A stretch of 63,954 nucleotides of DNA, counting the filler, from Licmophora abbreviata (lineage: Eukaryota): NCBI GenBank assembly GCA_900291995.1. It is 8 parts of 8 records of this genome, joined end to end, with 100 filler letters (N's around TTAATTAATTAA, not from the genome) between each part and the next. Parts side by side here need not be neighbours in the genome. Positions count along the whole stretch, not along the records: positions 1 to 6,948 come from OLMU01004184.1; positions 7,049 to 9,174 come from OLMU01004185.1; positions 9,275 to 15,233 come from OLMU01004186.1; 5 more parts are not named here. One strand, 5' to 3'. This document shows positions 1 through 11,318 of the stretch, piece after piece. Position numbers and translations under genes: made by a program. The notes beneath the pieces are model-generated. The model made no database searches. It was not told the DNA's origin and saw only the letters and a list, made by a program, of their open reading frames with translations. How positions within the stretch are numbered: position 1 is the first letter of the stretch; each line of letters begins with the position of its first letter.

Positions 1-273
1 CCGACATCGTCATACCGGTGCGACCAGGTATCATAACGTGTACAACAGTAATAACGTCCATTTATTTGTCTGTATAGGTATGTATGTATCCAAAAAATCA
101 GTCGAGACCAAAACCGTGAAAACGGATGCCGCGAACCCAGCTCAATAAATAACACAATATGTCATGACAGAATCGAGAGAGTTTCGGCGATTTCAGTCGT
201 CTCGTCGTCTCACAATTTTCACCCACAGAGACCATAACGCGCAAGAAGCAGGAACAACCACTCGCCCAAGCAC

Positions 274-1211
274 ATGGTGACCATCAAGATGATACGATTT
301 ATCCTCTCATGGGTTGTCATGTTGGTGAGACTGCGGTCGGTGACAAGTAACAGTGAGCCAACGCCTTCTCCCATCAGTGTACGAGGTGCGGCGTTGAGCA
401 CCACCCAGTTGCCTTTCAGTATCGATGTAAGTAAGGCTGTGGAGACTGTGTCTATTTCAGTTTTCACGTAGCTCATCTGCTTTGCATATCATAGGTCGAG
501 ATTATGTGTGTCGACGAAAATGGCTCCGATTGCCAAGTCATTCAACCTTCTGATCCCCAGTGCTCCAAAGAAACCACGGTCGACAACCTGCAGCTTCAAT
601 ACACTGGAGGCTCCTGCATCCAAAGTCGGCATACGCAGGGACCCCATTCCTCCACCCGTGAGTACCAAAGAGGTGCCATCGAATCGTCAGACGCTCAAGT
701 TCTTTGTCAAGCCTCGGGGATCACGGTCATTGACGAAACCATGAAAGTGGGGGACTATACAACTGTCGATAGTGACCTGCGAGGCAAAATGTCTTGCACC
801 GTCTCTGCCGGGGGAGTGTTGATGCAAGAATTCTTGATAGATGTCACGGGATCAGTCGATTTATTTGTTGAAGACGTCTTCTGCAGTCTCAAAGTAGTAG
901 GTTGTCTTGGGTCGACGTGTATCCAAGAGGTTACGTACAACTACAAATTGTCCAACACAGGGGTTGTCGACGCCCAGCTGACCAGCGTAGAGCGAATTCG
1001 AGACACGGCTCTTACACGAAGCTTGACTACACAGGTCACGTTGAAGCATGGCTCAAACATTCTCGAGGGTGGAGGGAAGTCGGTCGTCGTGTCTGAGACT
1101 GGCGTGATGAACAGTTGCGCTGAGACGAAAACGACGTTGGTCGTCACGGCAGACTCTGGAAGGGACAGTCGCTCGATAACGGAGAGCAAGTTACTCGACA
1201 TTCTTCCTTGA
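274..1211 (+). CDS. Secreted diatom-type Cys-containing domain protein, paralog of the C-terminal domain of the next gene; 2 exons (274-426, 495-1211)
   Basis: Hydrophobic N-terminus. GTAAGT..TAG intron 427-494 joins the 274 ORF in frame to the 504..1211 ORF. Domain LQLQYTGGSCIQSRHTQGPH...DLFVEDVFCSLKVVGC matches the 3149..3820 ORF. Confidence 0.8.
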
Positions 1212-2104
1212 TGGCTCCGTCGTGAGTGATGCTTCTGAATATGTTAGAACACACCATATCACATAGCGCTCATAATCGTGCAACCCATAGAACGGCATTA
1301 GACCGTTTGATCTCGACCAACACCGTAGATATGGGACTGGTATTTGTTGATAAAGTACCCATACACATTTGTTGTCTAGAGAGAGTAGACCAATGGGTCT
1401 GGTTTCAAAACATCTAAATACAGGTGTAGTTGTGATCATCCATCGCTTTGTTGTGACCGCCTTGTTTACAGAGTGTGTGAGTGTTGATGTTGTAGAAAGG
1501 GAAACCTCCAAACTAGCCTCATAGATCACCTCAGTAGCGGGTAGTCTTGAAGCAAGGACAGATAGGGCGTTCAGCTCTGCGCAAACCTCAAGGCGGGTTT
1601 GGGACACCGAGATTGATCATACCACCATTGTATGAGACACGAACGTTCCTCGCCTCGCGGATTTTCATGCAGGTAACGCGGTTGTATCGTCCCCAGGTAT
1701 CATTCCAGGTATTTGTACCGGTAGACCTTCTATTGTCATCTAAGTATGGTAAAGTACATGAATATGTATTTCCTATTCCAATTAATTGGAATTACTATAC
1801 ACATGAGTATCTTCTTATGGCGTGTCCGGCGCTCCACCCTGGAGGTTCTTCAGTCTCTACTCAAGAGAACGGAGGGAGTCCGAACACCGTTGTATATAAA
1901 TTGCCACATGACTGTTTATACCTTTCTGTTTTGGCATAAGTAGCAACATGACCTGGGATTTCGGCGAGAGTCCTGTGTAGCGAGCTCACAAAATACCGGT
2001 ACGGGTACGCGTATTCGAAACGAACAAACATGATCAGTGCTTCATTTTAGCAAGCGAGAGACGGAGAGAGACACAAAGAGAGAAACAGAGTAGAGCAAGT
2101 CAAG

Positions 2105-3820
2105 ATGGCGGTCCGCCTTATCACTTTCGGCATCGCTTTTCTAGCTGCGCAACTTTTGGTCAATGGCCAGGGACTTCGAAGAACGAGGGCTAAGACGGTA
2201 AGTCGCAGAGATGGGAGGGAGAATGCGTGCCCTTCGTTTGGTGTCGATCGTGGATAGTTCAAGCTCGACTGTGACTGTGAGAATTGAATGCTTTGACATG
2301 ATGAGAGAGCGAGCAGTTGGATGTTGTTGGTTTTTCCCTAGCAAGACTCTGACACTGAGATCCCTTTCGATTGGTACAGGAGGTACACCACGACTTGACC
2401 AGCGACGCCCTACAGTTTCACCGTGTGACGACAGAGACGGAAATTGTTGGACAGTGTTCGACTGACCAACCATGTGGTCTGTGTCAAGGTAAAGTTGTGT
2501 CCGACAGAAGTTCTCGTGCTACGTTTCTGAGTTTGAAACCCAGCATATCGCCACCAACCATTATTTTTCTTCTTGCCCACAGGGGACTGCGATGACGACA
2601 GTGAATGCTCAGGTACACTGATATGCTTTCACAGAGATTCTGGTGGACCCCTGCCGCCTGGATGCACAGGATCAGATGGATCCAGAACGGACTACTGCTA
2701 CGAGGGCCCAGACCCGACAGTAGCGCCCACACCAGCTACACCCGCGCCGGTACCGCCGCAAGTACCTCCGACAGTACCGCTGACGTCAGTACCTTCTCCA
2801 TCGCCTGTACCCCCGACGCCAGCACCCGTTCAGTTCACGCCACAGCCTATAACTACGGTAGCGCCAATCGGCCCAACTCCATCCCCTTTTCTACCGACAG
2901 CAAGTCCTATTCATGTTCCCACGGTTGCTCCTACGTCGCCAACACCCGGCACTGTTGGGGGACAAGGACCCACACCAACGGGTCTCACCACTTTGGCTAT
3001 GGACGTAAGTGAGGATATCATCTGGTAGTACAAGACGGGAAGTTGGTGGTTTCACACTATCTCATTCAGCTTTGTCTATTTTCTCGCATCACAGACCGAT
3101 ATTCTTTGCGCCGGAGCCGACGGAGTCGATTGTGGCGATCTTCCTAGTGTGGATTTTCAGTGTTCCAAAGATAGCCCTGTGAGCAGTCTCTCTCTCGAAT
3201 ACCTCGGGGGTTCCTGTTCGCAAAGTTATCATACCCAAGGCCCACATGCAAGTGGTGACGATTTCTTCAGTGGGTCTGAGCAAACTGCCCGACTTGTGTG
3301 TCAAGGTTCTGCGGCCGCCACTACACTCTTGGATCAAACCGTGTCGGTGGGGGGTGTCATTGCCCTTGAGGGGGATACAGACCTTCCAAGCGACGTGACT
3401 TGCAAGGTTTCAGATTCCGGCGGTATGACCCTTCAACAGGTCTCGTTCGATACGTCTGGATATGCCGACCTGTTCGTGATGGATCGTTTCTGTAGTCTGG
3501 AGGTGGTCGGATGCGGGTCTTCGAGTTGCTTCAAGAATGACATCACATACACCTTCGTACTGAAGAACACAGGGCAGACGACGATCAAAATCGCCGCCAT
3601 TGATCGGACCATTGGCGCCGATACCCGTAGCTTGCTTGCTCTAGCATTCTTGAAGCGCATGTCCGATGTCCTACTGCCCGGAGATGTCATATCAATTAGC
3701 GAGACCATCCAGAACATCAACGTGTGCGAGACCGCAACAATGGAATTAAAGGTTGACATGGAATCGACGACAGACGATCGGGTGATGTCGGTCACCGAGT
3801 CGCACGAGTTTGCATTGTAA
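2105..3820 (+). CDS. Frustulin-like cell-wall protein: signal peptide, acidic Cys-rich (acr) domain, Pro/Thr linker, C-terminal domain shared with the upstream gene; exons 2105-2197, 2380-2488, 2583-3004, 3095-3820
   Basis: Signal MAVRLITFGIAFLAAQLLVNG. CGLCQG|DCDDDSEC...PGC...SRTDYCY frustulin motif. All introns are GT-AG and keep frame. Confidence 0.85.
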
Positions 3821-4295
3821 TGTGTATTGTGATGTTGTAGCTGTAATAAGTCTGAAAAGTGATTGCGACAGTAGCTAGCAGAGTACCGGTATGATATGAT
3901 CGACTGACTCGCTTGAGGTTTGCTCATGGAGAGGTACATAAGTACTGCTAAATGCGGTATACTAGATGACTGCACTCATCCCATCTCTCCCGATTCCTCG
4001 GCGTGACATGTCGTCAAATGAACCGTTTGCAACGGATTACATTCGATCAGAAAAGATGCTCTCACAGATTCCCTCATGAAACGTGCTCCCCGACGCTTCA
4101 CGACATATTTAGTTATTCCGGGGACAGAATCTGAGACTGCCAGCGACCCCAACCGTGACTGCACCCTTCACTTTTTGGCGCTGGTGGACTTCGACATCAC
4201 GCGGGACATGGACACGTTGGATCGCGTTGAGTCCTTATCTCGGCGGCAACGTCCACAAAAGGGCAGTTCCAAACCCCATTCTTTTGACGAGAAAC

Positions 4296-5591
4296 ATGAA
4301 CATCCTCCTACTGATTGTATCAATCGCCAGTGTGGTTCTGTCTTTCAACCACGCTCTCGTGCGAGCTGCTGCTCCTCTCGGAGGCGTGTGCGGGGACGAT
4401 CTGGACTGTGACTCTGATCTCTGCTCAGGCGACGGAAAGTGCATCTGTCGTTTCTATGATCACTATCCTTGTGACGCATCGCAGGTCTGCAATGGAGAAA
4501 CTTGTATCAGTGTGGAACCTGACTCTGTGGCACTGGGAGGCTCATGTCGGGAGACGAGCCAATGTCAAATCGGAGAGTGCGTTGTTCTCTTTGGAGGCTC
4601 GAGCTGCGTCTGCAACACAGAGACTAATGAAGGGTGTGAAGACGGTACGATATGTGCATATTTAAGTCAGGTTGCCGATGCTCCTCCGAGGTGCTTCGTT
4701 CCGGAGGGAGGATCGTGCAGTGACGAATATGAATGTCGTTCGACCAATTGCGTCGACGGCAAGTGTGCGGCTTGCAATCCCTTCATCAACGAGGGCTGTA
4801 ACAACGGCGAAACCTGCATTGGGGACGACCTAAGTGGATATGAGTGCGTAGGTCCTGATTTTAAAAAGGAGCTTGGAGGCCCATGCGATAAAGATCCTGA
4901 CTGTCTCTCGAATTTCTGCGACTTGGGCAGTTGCGCTTGTAATATCGGGGGAAATCACGCAGGTTGTGGGGCGATGCAGGTTTGTGGGACTGATGGCTTG
5001 TGCGCTGATGTTGAACCAAACTCCCTAGAGTCCGGGGACCTCTGTCGGGAAACATCCCAATGCATTGTCGGAGAGTGCAACCCGAGCTTCTTTGGAGCCA
5101 CATGTGGCTGTAGTACAACGAACAACGACGGCTGCGAAGAAGGCAGAGTGTGCGCATATGCCGATTACCTCGCTGACGCCTCTCCGGAGTGCGTGGTCCC
5201 CGAAGGAGGAGCTTGTGTTGACCAGTCTGATTGTATCACTTTCAATTGTGTTGCTGGAATGTGTGCAACTTGCTATCCTGGCCTGAACGTTGGATGTGGT
5301 TCCGACGAACAATGCATAGGCGATGACGTGATGGGGTACCAGTGTGTCGGCCCAGAGGAGCCAGTGTGCGAGTTGAGTATGGCTTGCTGCGCCGACGACT
5401 GCTGCGGGGTTGGAACGACGTGGGACACAAACGCCACACGCTGTCTGGCGGACAGTGCGTCACTCGGATGGAACGGCGAGCATTCTGAAGATTACGTGCC
5501 CGGGTGTGACCACCCTTGCTGCGAAGGACTATGCTGCGGATCTGGGACGTCCTACGATGAGACCATCGATTACTGTATGCCGATGTCGTAA
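4296..5591 (+). CDS. Secreted acidic Cys-rich protein with an internal tandem duplication
   Basis: ATG 4296 gives signal MNILLLIVSIASVVLSFNHALVRA. Very Cys/Asp/Glu/Gly-rich. Duplicated CRETSQC..GEC...CAY..ADA.P.C.VPEGG...CIGDD..GY.CVGP module. Confidence 0.85.
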   Translation: MNILLLIVSIASVVLSFNHALVRAAAPLGGVCGDDLDCDSDLCSGDGKCICRFYDHYPCDASQVCNGETCISVEPDSVALGGSCRETSQCQIGECVVLFGGSSCVCNTETNEGCEDGTICAYLSQVADAPPRCFVPEGGSCSDEYECRSTNCVDGKCAACNPFINEGCNNGETCIGDDLSGYECVGPDFKKELGGPCDKDPDCLSNFCDLGSCACNIGGNHAGCGAMQVCGTDGLCADVEPNSLESGDLCRETSQCIVGECNPSFFGATCGCSTTNNDGCEEGRVCAYADYLADASPECVVPEGGACVDQSDCITFNCVAGMCATCYPGLNVGCGSDEQCIGDDVMGYQCVGPEEPVCELSMACCADDCCGVGTTWDTNATRCLADSASLGWNGEHSEDYVPGCDHPCCEGLCCGSGTSYDETIDYCMPMS

Positions 5592-5634
5592 GACAGTGTT
5601 TCTTTTAACTTTGGATTATGTTGTTAACGACATA

Positions 5635-6885
5635 TTATCTCATTGATCGCATAATGCTCTGTTGCAGCAATCGAATCCCATTTTCTAACACACTCCGTCT
5701 CCACGCTGGTGTACGGACATAAAACGCTGGACGAGTCTGTGTCAGAGCCCAACGGTGTGCTTCCTCTGCATCTAGATACTGATACGCCATGTTTTCAAGA
5801 ATCAGCGCCTTGCCTACTAGAAGAGTAGGGATGGTCCCAAACTCTTGCGTCACAAAGAGCGCCATGTCTCGCCGGGACGGGGAAGAAAACAGTTTCAAGA
5901 CGAAAGCGTCGAGCATGCCCATGGCAAACTCATAGCCAGCCTTGACCTGGTCACCGTGGTGATCCAAGCCTGGAATTGTCGATCCAGGAAACAGCTCAGC
6001 GAGGTGTTCCGACGACCGTGCGTCCGCGGAAAGGAGCGTATCTTTGCCGCTCTTTCCCAGTCCAGTGTGCACGTCGATCCATGTCACTGGGCAACTAGTA
6101 TTGGTTTCCCGTACAAGTTCTGGTAGCTTCTCTTCCATAAATTCCCTTAGTTTTTGTAACGACGCTTGCAATTCTCGTCCGCCATAGAATATTCCGTTTC
6201 GGTTGTGGTATTGTCCCGTAACCATTGCGCGCTTCAACTCGGTGATTCTGAACTTGACAAGCTGCATCACATTGCGAATCCAAAATCCAACGTAGTGATC
6301 CCAAAGTGTCGGAGCTCTTCTTGGATTGAAGAGTGCGGCATCAAAGTTGTCGTAAAATGCCACGTTGGGGTCTCGTGATAGCGCATCTGCCCATTCCTCC
6401 GTGTGCAAGGCATTGCGGTTGAGATCGACGTTGTGTTCATTCGCACGACGAAAGTGCGCCATTCCATGCGGGTTGACCGCGTGAACAAAAACGATCGTCG
6501 GAGTCTGCTGCTGACTTTGGAAGCTTGATAGCCAGGCTGTCTGAATTGCACTTCCGGCATAACCTTCTACTCCATGCACTCCCGATGAGTGGACGATCAG
6601 GCCGGGCAGTTCACCGGACACGATGGCAACATCTGTCGTGTAGTTCTCCACAATTGGGAGCGAATACAAGGTAGCTGACGCACTCTCCGCTGCTGTTCTG
6701 AATCGAGCGCGAGCTTGGTGGTAAGTTTCCGAAAACACTTCGCAGGGAGTCACTGCGACACCGTGGTACTGCTCGAACTCCAACACGGAATCATTGACGC
6801 ATGGTTCATGCCTGTTGCTGCGGAATAGAGAAGTTCCGGCGAGAAACAAGGCCAAAACTCCCACGAGGAGACTCAAGAGGATCAT
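5635..6885 (-). CDS. DUF2817 / M14 zinc carboxypeptidase-like protein
   Basis: SSGVHGVEGYAGSAIQ, VHAVNPHG..RRANEHNVDLNRN, IDVHTGLG and TQEFGT motifs. N-terminal hydrophobic anchor. 5' end lies near a gap, so the start is uncertain. Confidence 0.85.
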   Translation of the reverse strand: MILLSLLVGVLALFLAGTSLFRSNRHEPCVNDSVLEFEQYHGVAVTPCEVFSETYHQARARFRTAAESASATLYSLPIVENYTTDVAIVSGELPGLIVHSSGVHGVEGYAGSAIQTAWLSSFQSQQQTPTIVFVHAVNPHGMAHFRRANEHNVDLNRNALHTEEWADALSRDPNVAFYDNFDAALFNPRRAPTLWDHYVGFWIRNVMQLVKFRITELKRAMVTGQYHNRNGIFYGGRELQASLQKLREFMEEKLPELVRETNTSCPVTWIDVHTGLGKSGKDTLLSADARSSEHLAELFPGSTIPGLDHHGDQVKAGYEFAMGMLDAFVLKLFSSPSRRDMALFVTQEFGTIPTLLVGKALILENMAYQYLDAEEAHRWALTQTRPAFYVRTPAWRRSVLENGIRLLQQSIMRSMR

Positions 6886-6948
6886 ACTCTGACTGATTAT
6901 GCTGCGCTGAACTTCTCGCTCCGCATAGGCAACCAATGTAGTCTCACA

Positions 6949-7048
6949 NNNNNNNNNNNNNNNNNNNNNNNNNNNNNNNNNNNNNNNNNNNNTTAATTAA
7001 TTAANNNNNNNNNNNNNNNNNNNNNNNNNNNNNNNNNNNNNNNNNNNN
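6949..7048. other. Assembly gap linker (artefact)
   Basis: N44 + TTAATTAATTAA (stops in all six frames) + N44. Confidence 0.98.
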
Positions 7049-7093
7049 GCGTATTTCATATTGTTCAAGAGTGAGCGGCACTCTTTCAGACTC

Positions 7094-8245
7094 CTATTTG
7101 TGAATCCAATCGACTTTGACGCTCTTGCGGCCTTTGAGGTACTTATCGATTGACATGGCTGCAATACAGCCGTCAGCGGCTGCAACGACTACCTGCTTGA
7201 AGGCCGTGTTGCGGATGTCTCCAATCGCAAACACTCCCTTTACAGAGCTTTCCATGTCTTCATTCACAACAACCCCGCCATCTTCTTTGTATTCGACCTT
7301 GCTCCCAATAAAGTCCGTGATTGGTTTCGATCCTCCCCCAGCAGCATAAATGAACGCCCCTTCAACTGGTATGATGTTCGGATCATCTTCGCTCTTTTGT
7401 TTCACTTGAATACCGGTCACGCCTGAGGCATCACCCTCCACGCTCATCAAACGAGTCAAGGGCCAGTGCTTGACGTTGGGTTGTCCCAATAGTTCCTGTA
7501 CATGATGGTCCTCATCCGGCCGAGGAGCCGACGGGGTAACCCAGTGAACCGTCGACGCAAATTTGGTAAGGAACGTGGCCTCCTCCATGGCTTCCAGATT
7601 CATTCCAAAGACGGCGACTTCACTGTCACGATAAAAGGCTCCATCGCAAGTCGCACAATAGCTTACGCCTTGACCAAGGTATTTTTCTTCTCCAGCGAAA
7701 GGTGGCGATACACGCCCCATGGCTCCACTTGCAAGTACCAGGGATCTCGCCTTGAAAATCGCATCGGGCGTGTAGACAGTCTTGGTGTACGCCTGACCAT
7801 CACCTTCCTCGACATCGATCATAAAGACCTGAGCACGGCGATAGTCCGTGCCATAGTCCACGGCTTGTTTTCTCATCTGGTTCAGGAGCTCCTCGCCAGT
7901 CATCGATCTGTCTACACCTGGGTAGTTTGCAATGTGGGATGTGATAGCCAAAGCTCCTACGGCAGGGTTCTTGTCCAGCACTACTGTCTTGAGGTCAGCT
8001 CGAGAGGTATACAAAGCACACGTCATGCCTGCAGGACCTCCACCGACGATGGCAACGTCGCATTCAACAATTTCAGGTGCTTCCATCATGGACAACACGC
8101 TGGTAGCACGTTTGCTGGCTGCAGTGATCGTCGCCCAGGATCCTCGCGCACGAAGCTGGCCTTGATCTACTTGATTTCTACCCGCGTTCCATGGAACAAA
8201 CGCCGCTGCGCCCGCAACTAGGGTGAATGTGGCAACGATCCGCAT
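7094..8245 (-). CDS. trxB: Plastid-targeted flavin thioredoxin reductase (TrxB family, probably NADPH-independent type)
   Basis: GGGPAG FAD motif, redox-active CATC and GVFAIGD. Bipartite presequence MRIVATFTLVAGAAA-FVP. Confidence 0.92.
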   Translation of the reverse strand: MRIVATFTLVAGAAAFVPWNAGRNQVDQGQLRARGSWATITAASKRATSVLSMMEAPEIVECDVAIVGGGPAGMTCALYTSRADLKTVVLDKNPAVGALAITSHIANYPGVDRSMTGEELLNQMRKQAVDYGTDYRRAQVFMIDVEEGDGQAYTKTVYTPDAIFKARSLVLASGAMGRVSPPFAGEEKYLGQGVSYCATCDGAFYRDSEVAVFGMNLEAMEEATFLTKFASTVHWVTPSAPRPDEDHHVQELLGQPNVKHWPLTRLMSVEGDASGVTGIQVKQKSEDDPNIIPVEGAFIYAAGGGSKPITDFIGSKVEYKEDGGVVVNEDMESSVKGVFAIGDIRNTAFKQVVVAAADGCIAAMSIDKYLKGRKSVKVDWIHK

Positions 8246-8608
8246 CACGAGGGCCTTATGTCTGCTCTGCAAGTATCGAGAACGGCCAATCTAAGAGGTA
8301 CCGGTACCAGGTACCTGGTAATTGTGTCAGCTCTCACACTGCATCACACTACTTTGTGTCAGCGTACGTCATCACAACGAAACACGCCTTCGCTTGAAGG
8401 AATCTTCAATCTATTTTCGAGCTCGCAGAAAGAGCTCGAGTTTTATTGCGTATTCAGTCATTAATAAAACACAATTGAGTTTATATCCGATGCGTTGAAT
8501 TTCAAATTTTTGGGCAAGGATGAGAACATTTTTGGCGCCTCCCTCTAAAATTCACTCACATCGTCCTCACTGCATCGACCATGGGGAAGCAGAACTAGGA
8601 ACTGGTTG

Positions 8609-10596
8609 ATGATTATGCGCCACCATCAGAAACGAAGACCGCTGTTGTCGCTCCTTGCTGTACTTTTGTCGGTACAGTCCATCAAGGCAGGAGTTCGAGA
8701 CGGAACGACATCTGATCCAACGAACGACGAGTACACCGATTACACCGATACCATCACCATCAATTCCATCCAACAGCAACATCGGAGGCTCAATGATCCC
8801 AGTCTTCATACGCCTAAGAGTCCCATTACTGGTGTCGCTCTTGTTACGGACGAGCAAGACACGCAAGATCTGTTCAAGCACGCACAGTATTCCACTCTAG
8901 TAAATGTCGATGAGGTGCCGACCCCCTCCCCTACACACGCCATGGAATTTGTGCTCGATTTGGGCACAAAGAGTCAACAGAAAATCATGACATCCAAAGA
9001 CATGATGAAGTCCTCTACAACTGGTAGAAAAAGCCCGAAGGCGCCCTCATTCAACGACATTGCTCCGAGTTTCGCAAGTGGGGATGGAGAGGCTCCCAGT
9101 GCTTCCAAAGGAAAGAAGACTGCGAAAGCGCCATCATTCATCAGCGCACCAAGCATTGCAATGGACCCGTCCGGNNNNNNNNNNNNNNNNNNNNNNNNNN
9201 NNNNNNNNNNNNNNNNNNTTAATTAATTAANNNNNNNNNNNNNNNNNNNNNNNNNNNNNNNNNNNNNNNNNNNNGCAAGGCACCGAGTACACCGAAAGGA
9301 AATGCACCTTCATTGCCGACGTCTCCGACGGCTGCACCTGTGACTCCTACGGCCTTCGATCCGTTTGGCTCAGATGCCCCATCGGCTCTGCCGTCGACAT
9401 CTACAGCTCCTTCCACGTCTCCCTCATTTTCATCAAGCAAAGCGCCATCTAGAATGCCGGTGACAGTTCCTTCAAATGAGCCATCTTTTGTACCGTCGTT
9501 AGCACCAACGGCTTCACCAGAGCCTTCCGCTTCTCCCTCGCTCGTGCTGAGCAAAACTCCGTCTGGTATGCCATCAACTGCCCCTTCGAATGTACCGTCA
9601 TTGGCTCCATCGTCCATGCCAACGTCTTCGGCGGCCCCTTCTTCCGGACCATCGATGGTACAATCAGAAGTACCATCAGTAATACCAACGACATCAAGGT
9701 CTCCGTCCATTATGCCAACATCTCCACCGACAAATTCGGCTGTACCTTCTTCTAGACCATCAATGGTACCATCAGAAATCCCATCAATGTCGCCAACGAC
9801 GTCGAGGGAGCCGTCCATCATGCCCACATCCCGACCAACAACTTCGGTTGAACCTTCTTCTGGACCATCGATCGCCGCATCTGAAGTTCCGTCAGAGAGT
9901 CCAACAACATCTGGGGCTCCATCGCTCCTACCCACATCCCCACCGACAAATTCGCCGGTACCTTCGTCTGGACCGTCAATGGTACTTTCAGAAATGCCAT
10001 CAATATCGCCATCGACGTCGAGGGAGCCGTCCATCATGCCCACATCCGGCCCGACAACTTCGGTGGAACCTTCTTCTGGACCATCGATCGCCGCGTCCAA
10101 AGTTCCGTCAGAGACTCCAACGATGTCCCCTTCATCTGGACCATCGATAGCGCCGTCCGAAGTTCCTTCAGAGCCTCCCACCTTATCTAGGATTCCGACT
10201 GCCATACCGACCTCCACAACCACAACTTCTGAAGCCCCTTCGGCTAGCCCGACAACTGCAATGGCTCCATCAAGTAGTCCAACGGTAGCTCCGTCATTAC
10301 CGCCTTTCCCGCTCGATATGACAGAGCCCCCAAGCGGCAAGGCGCCGTCTGTAGGAGACGCCCCCAGTGCAAAAGCCCCGTCCGCGAAAGGCATGCCGAC
10401 ATTCAAAGCGCCATCTTCGATATCCGAAGATGACAGTGCCCCCTCCACAGGAAAGTCTTCTTCGAAAAAAGGAAAAGGTGGACCAGGGGGAAAAGGAAGA
10501 TCCAGGGGAAAGGGTGGACCGGGGGGAAGAGGCAGCTCGAAAATGATTCGAAGATCTCGACGAAAGCTCCATAGTACGAAACACTGGCCGACTTGA
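8609..10596 (+). CDS. Secreted Ser/Pro/Thr-rich, Lys-cluster (silaffin/mucin-like) protein, interrupted by a gap
   Basis: Signal peptide, RRL motif and KAPS repeats. Frames on each side of gap 9175-9274 are compatible (..MDPSG|KAPSTPK..). C-terminus GKSSSKKGKGG...RRKL. Confidence 0.75.
9175..9274. other. Assembly gap linker (artefact)
   Basis: N44-TTAATTAATTAA-N44. Confidence 0.98.
9637..10130 (+). repeat. Coding tandem repeat, 108-nt (36-aa) unit, ~4.5 copies
   Basis: PSS(G/R)PS units begin at 9637, 9745, 9853, 9961 and 10069. Confidence 0.85.
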
Positions 10597-11318
10597 AGTT
10601 ACTTCGGCGATTTACACGAGGACGGGTGGTACCGGCAGATCGCACCGTTGCGCGACCAAAGTGCTAGCTCGTCTCCGCGTCTACCTTTGAAACAGACGTG
10701 AGCACGTATTTTCTGTGAACGCATGGCGACGATGCTGGACTGAGAGTCAAGAGTTTCACAATTCGGGGGTCATCTGTGTCTGGGCTCGTAGAGAAATTTA
10801 GAGAAACTGAGTTATATACTGTACGAAATAGAGATGAGAAACACGTCCCTATACTATAATATCCTTCCCTACACGTTGCAAGGAATGGCCAATCATGGGC
10901 TATCTTTGGTGCGAATCGACGAAAAATTGAACACCAAGAGCAGCGTCTCGACAGCCCACAATACGAGATGGCGAGCAGCAATACTCTGTCTACCACGTTA
11001 CAAAGTATTCGATGCGTCTCATGAAATGTTTTTATGCTACTAGACTTGCTTCTCATCGTGCGATACGGTTTGATAGCACGGCAAATCGCCGACATGATTG
11101 CAAACAAGTTTGTCGAGCTCTTTCGTCGAGGCTGTAGCTCGAACAGAGAATCGAGTTCATTCTATACTGAGTCATTAATATTATTTAGTTATTTTAATGA
11201 CAATAAAGTGCTGTAGTAAAGCAATATGTTCAATGCGTTGGGTTTGAAATTTTGGCGCGCAGCTCTCACACGAATGTGAACCGATGGGCTGCTGATGCCT
11301 TAAGAAAGTGCAGTGACC

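Noticed and set aside
6993..7004. TTAATTAATTAA repeated seven times through the window, as a possible dispersed repeat or array
   Set aside because: Always centred in exactly 44+44 Ns; an artificial six-frame-stop linker
9637..10130. CRISPR-like array
   Set aside because: Degenerate in-frame coding repeats with no unique spacers, no cas genes and a eukaryotic context
9219..10448. 409-aa Gly/Asp/Val-rich ORF on the minus strand
   Set aside because: Antisense shadow of the Ser/Pro/Thr repeat gene on the plus strand
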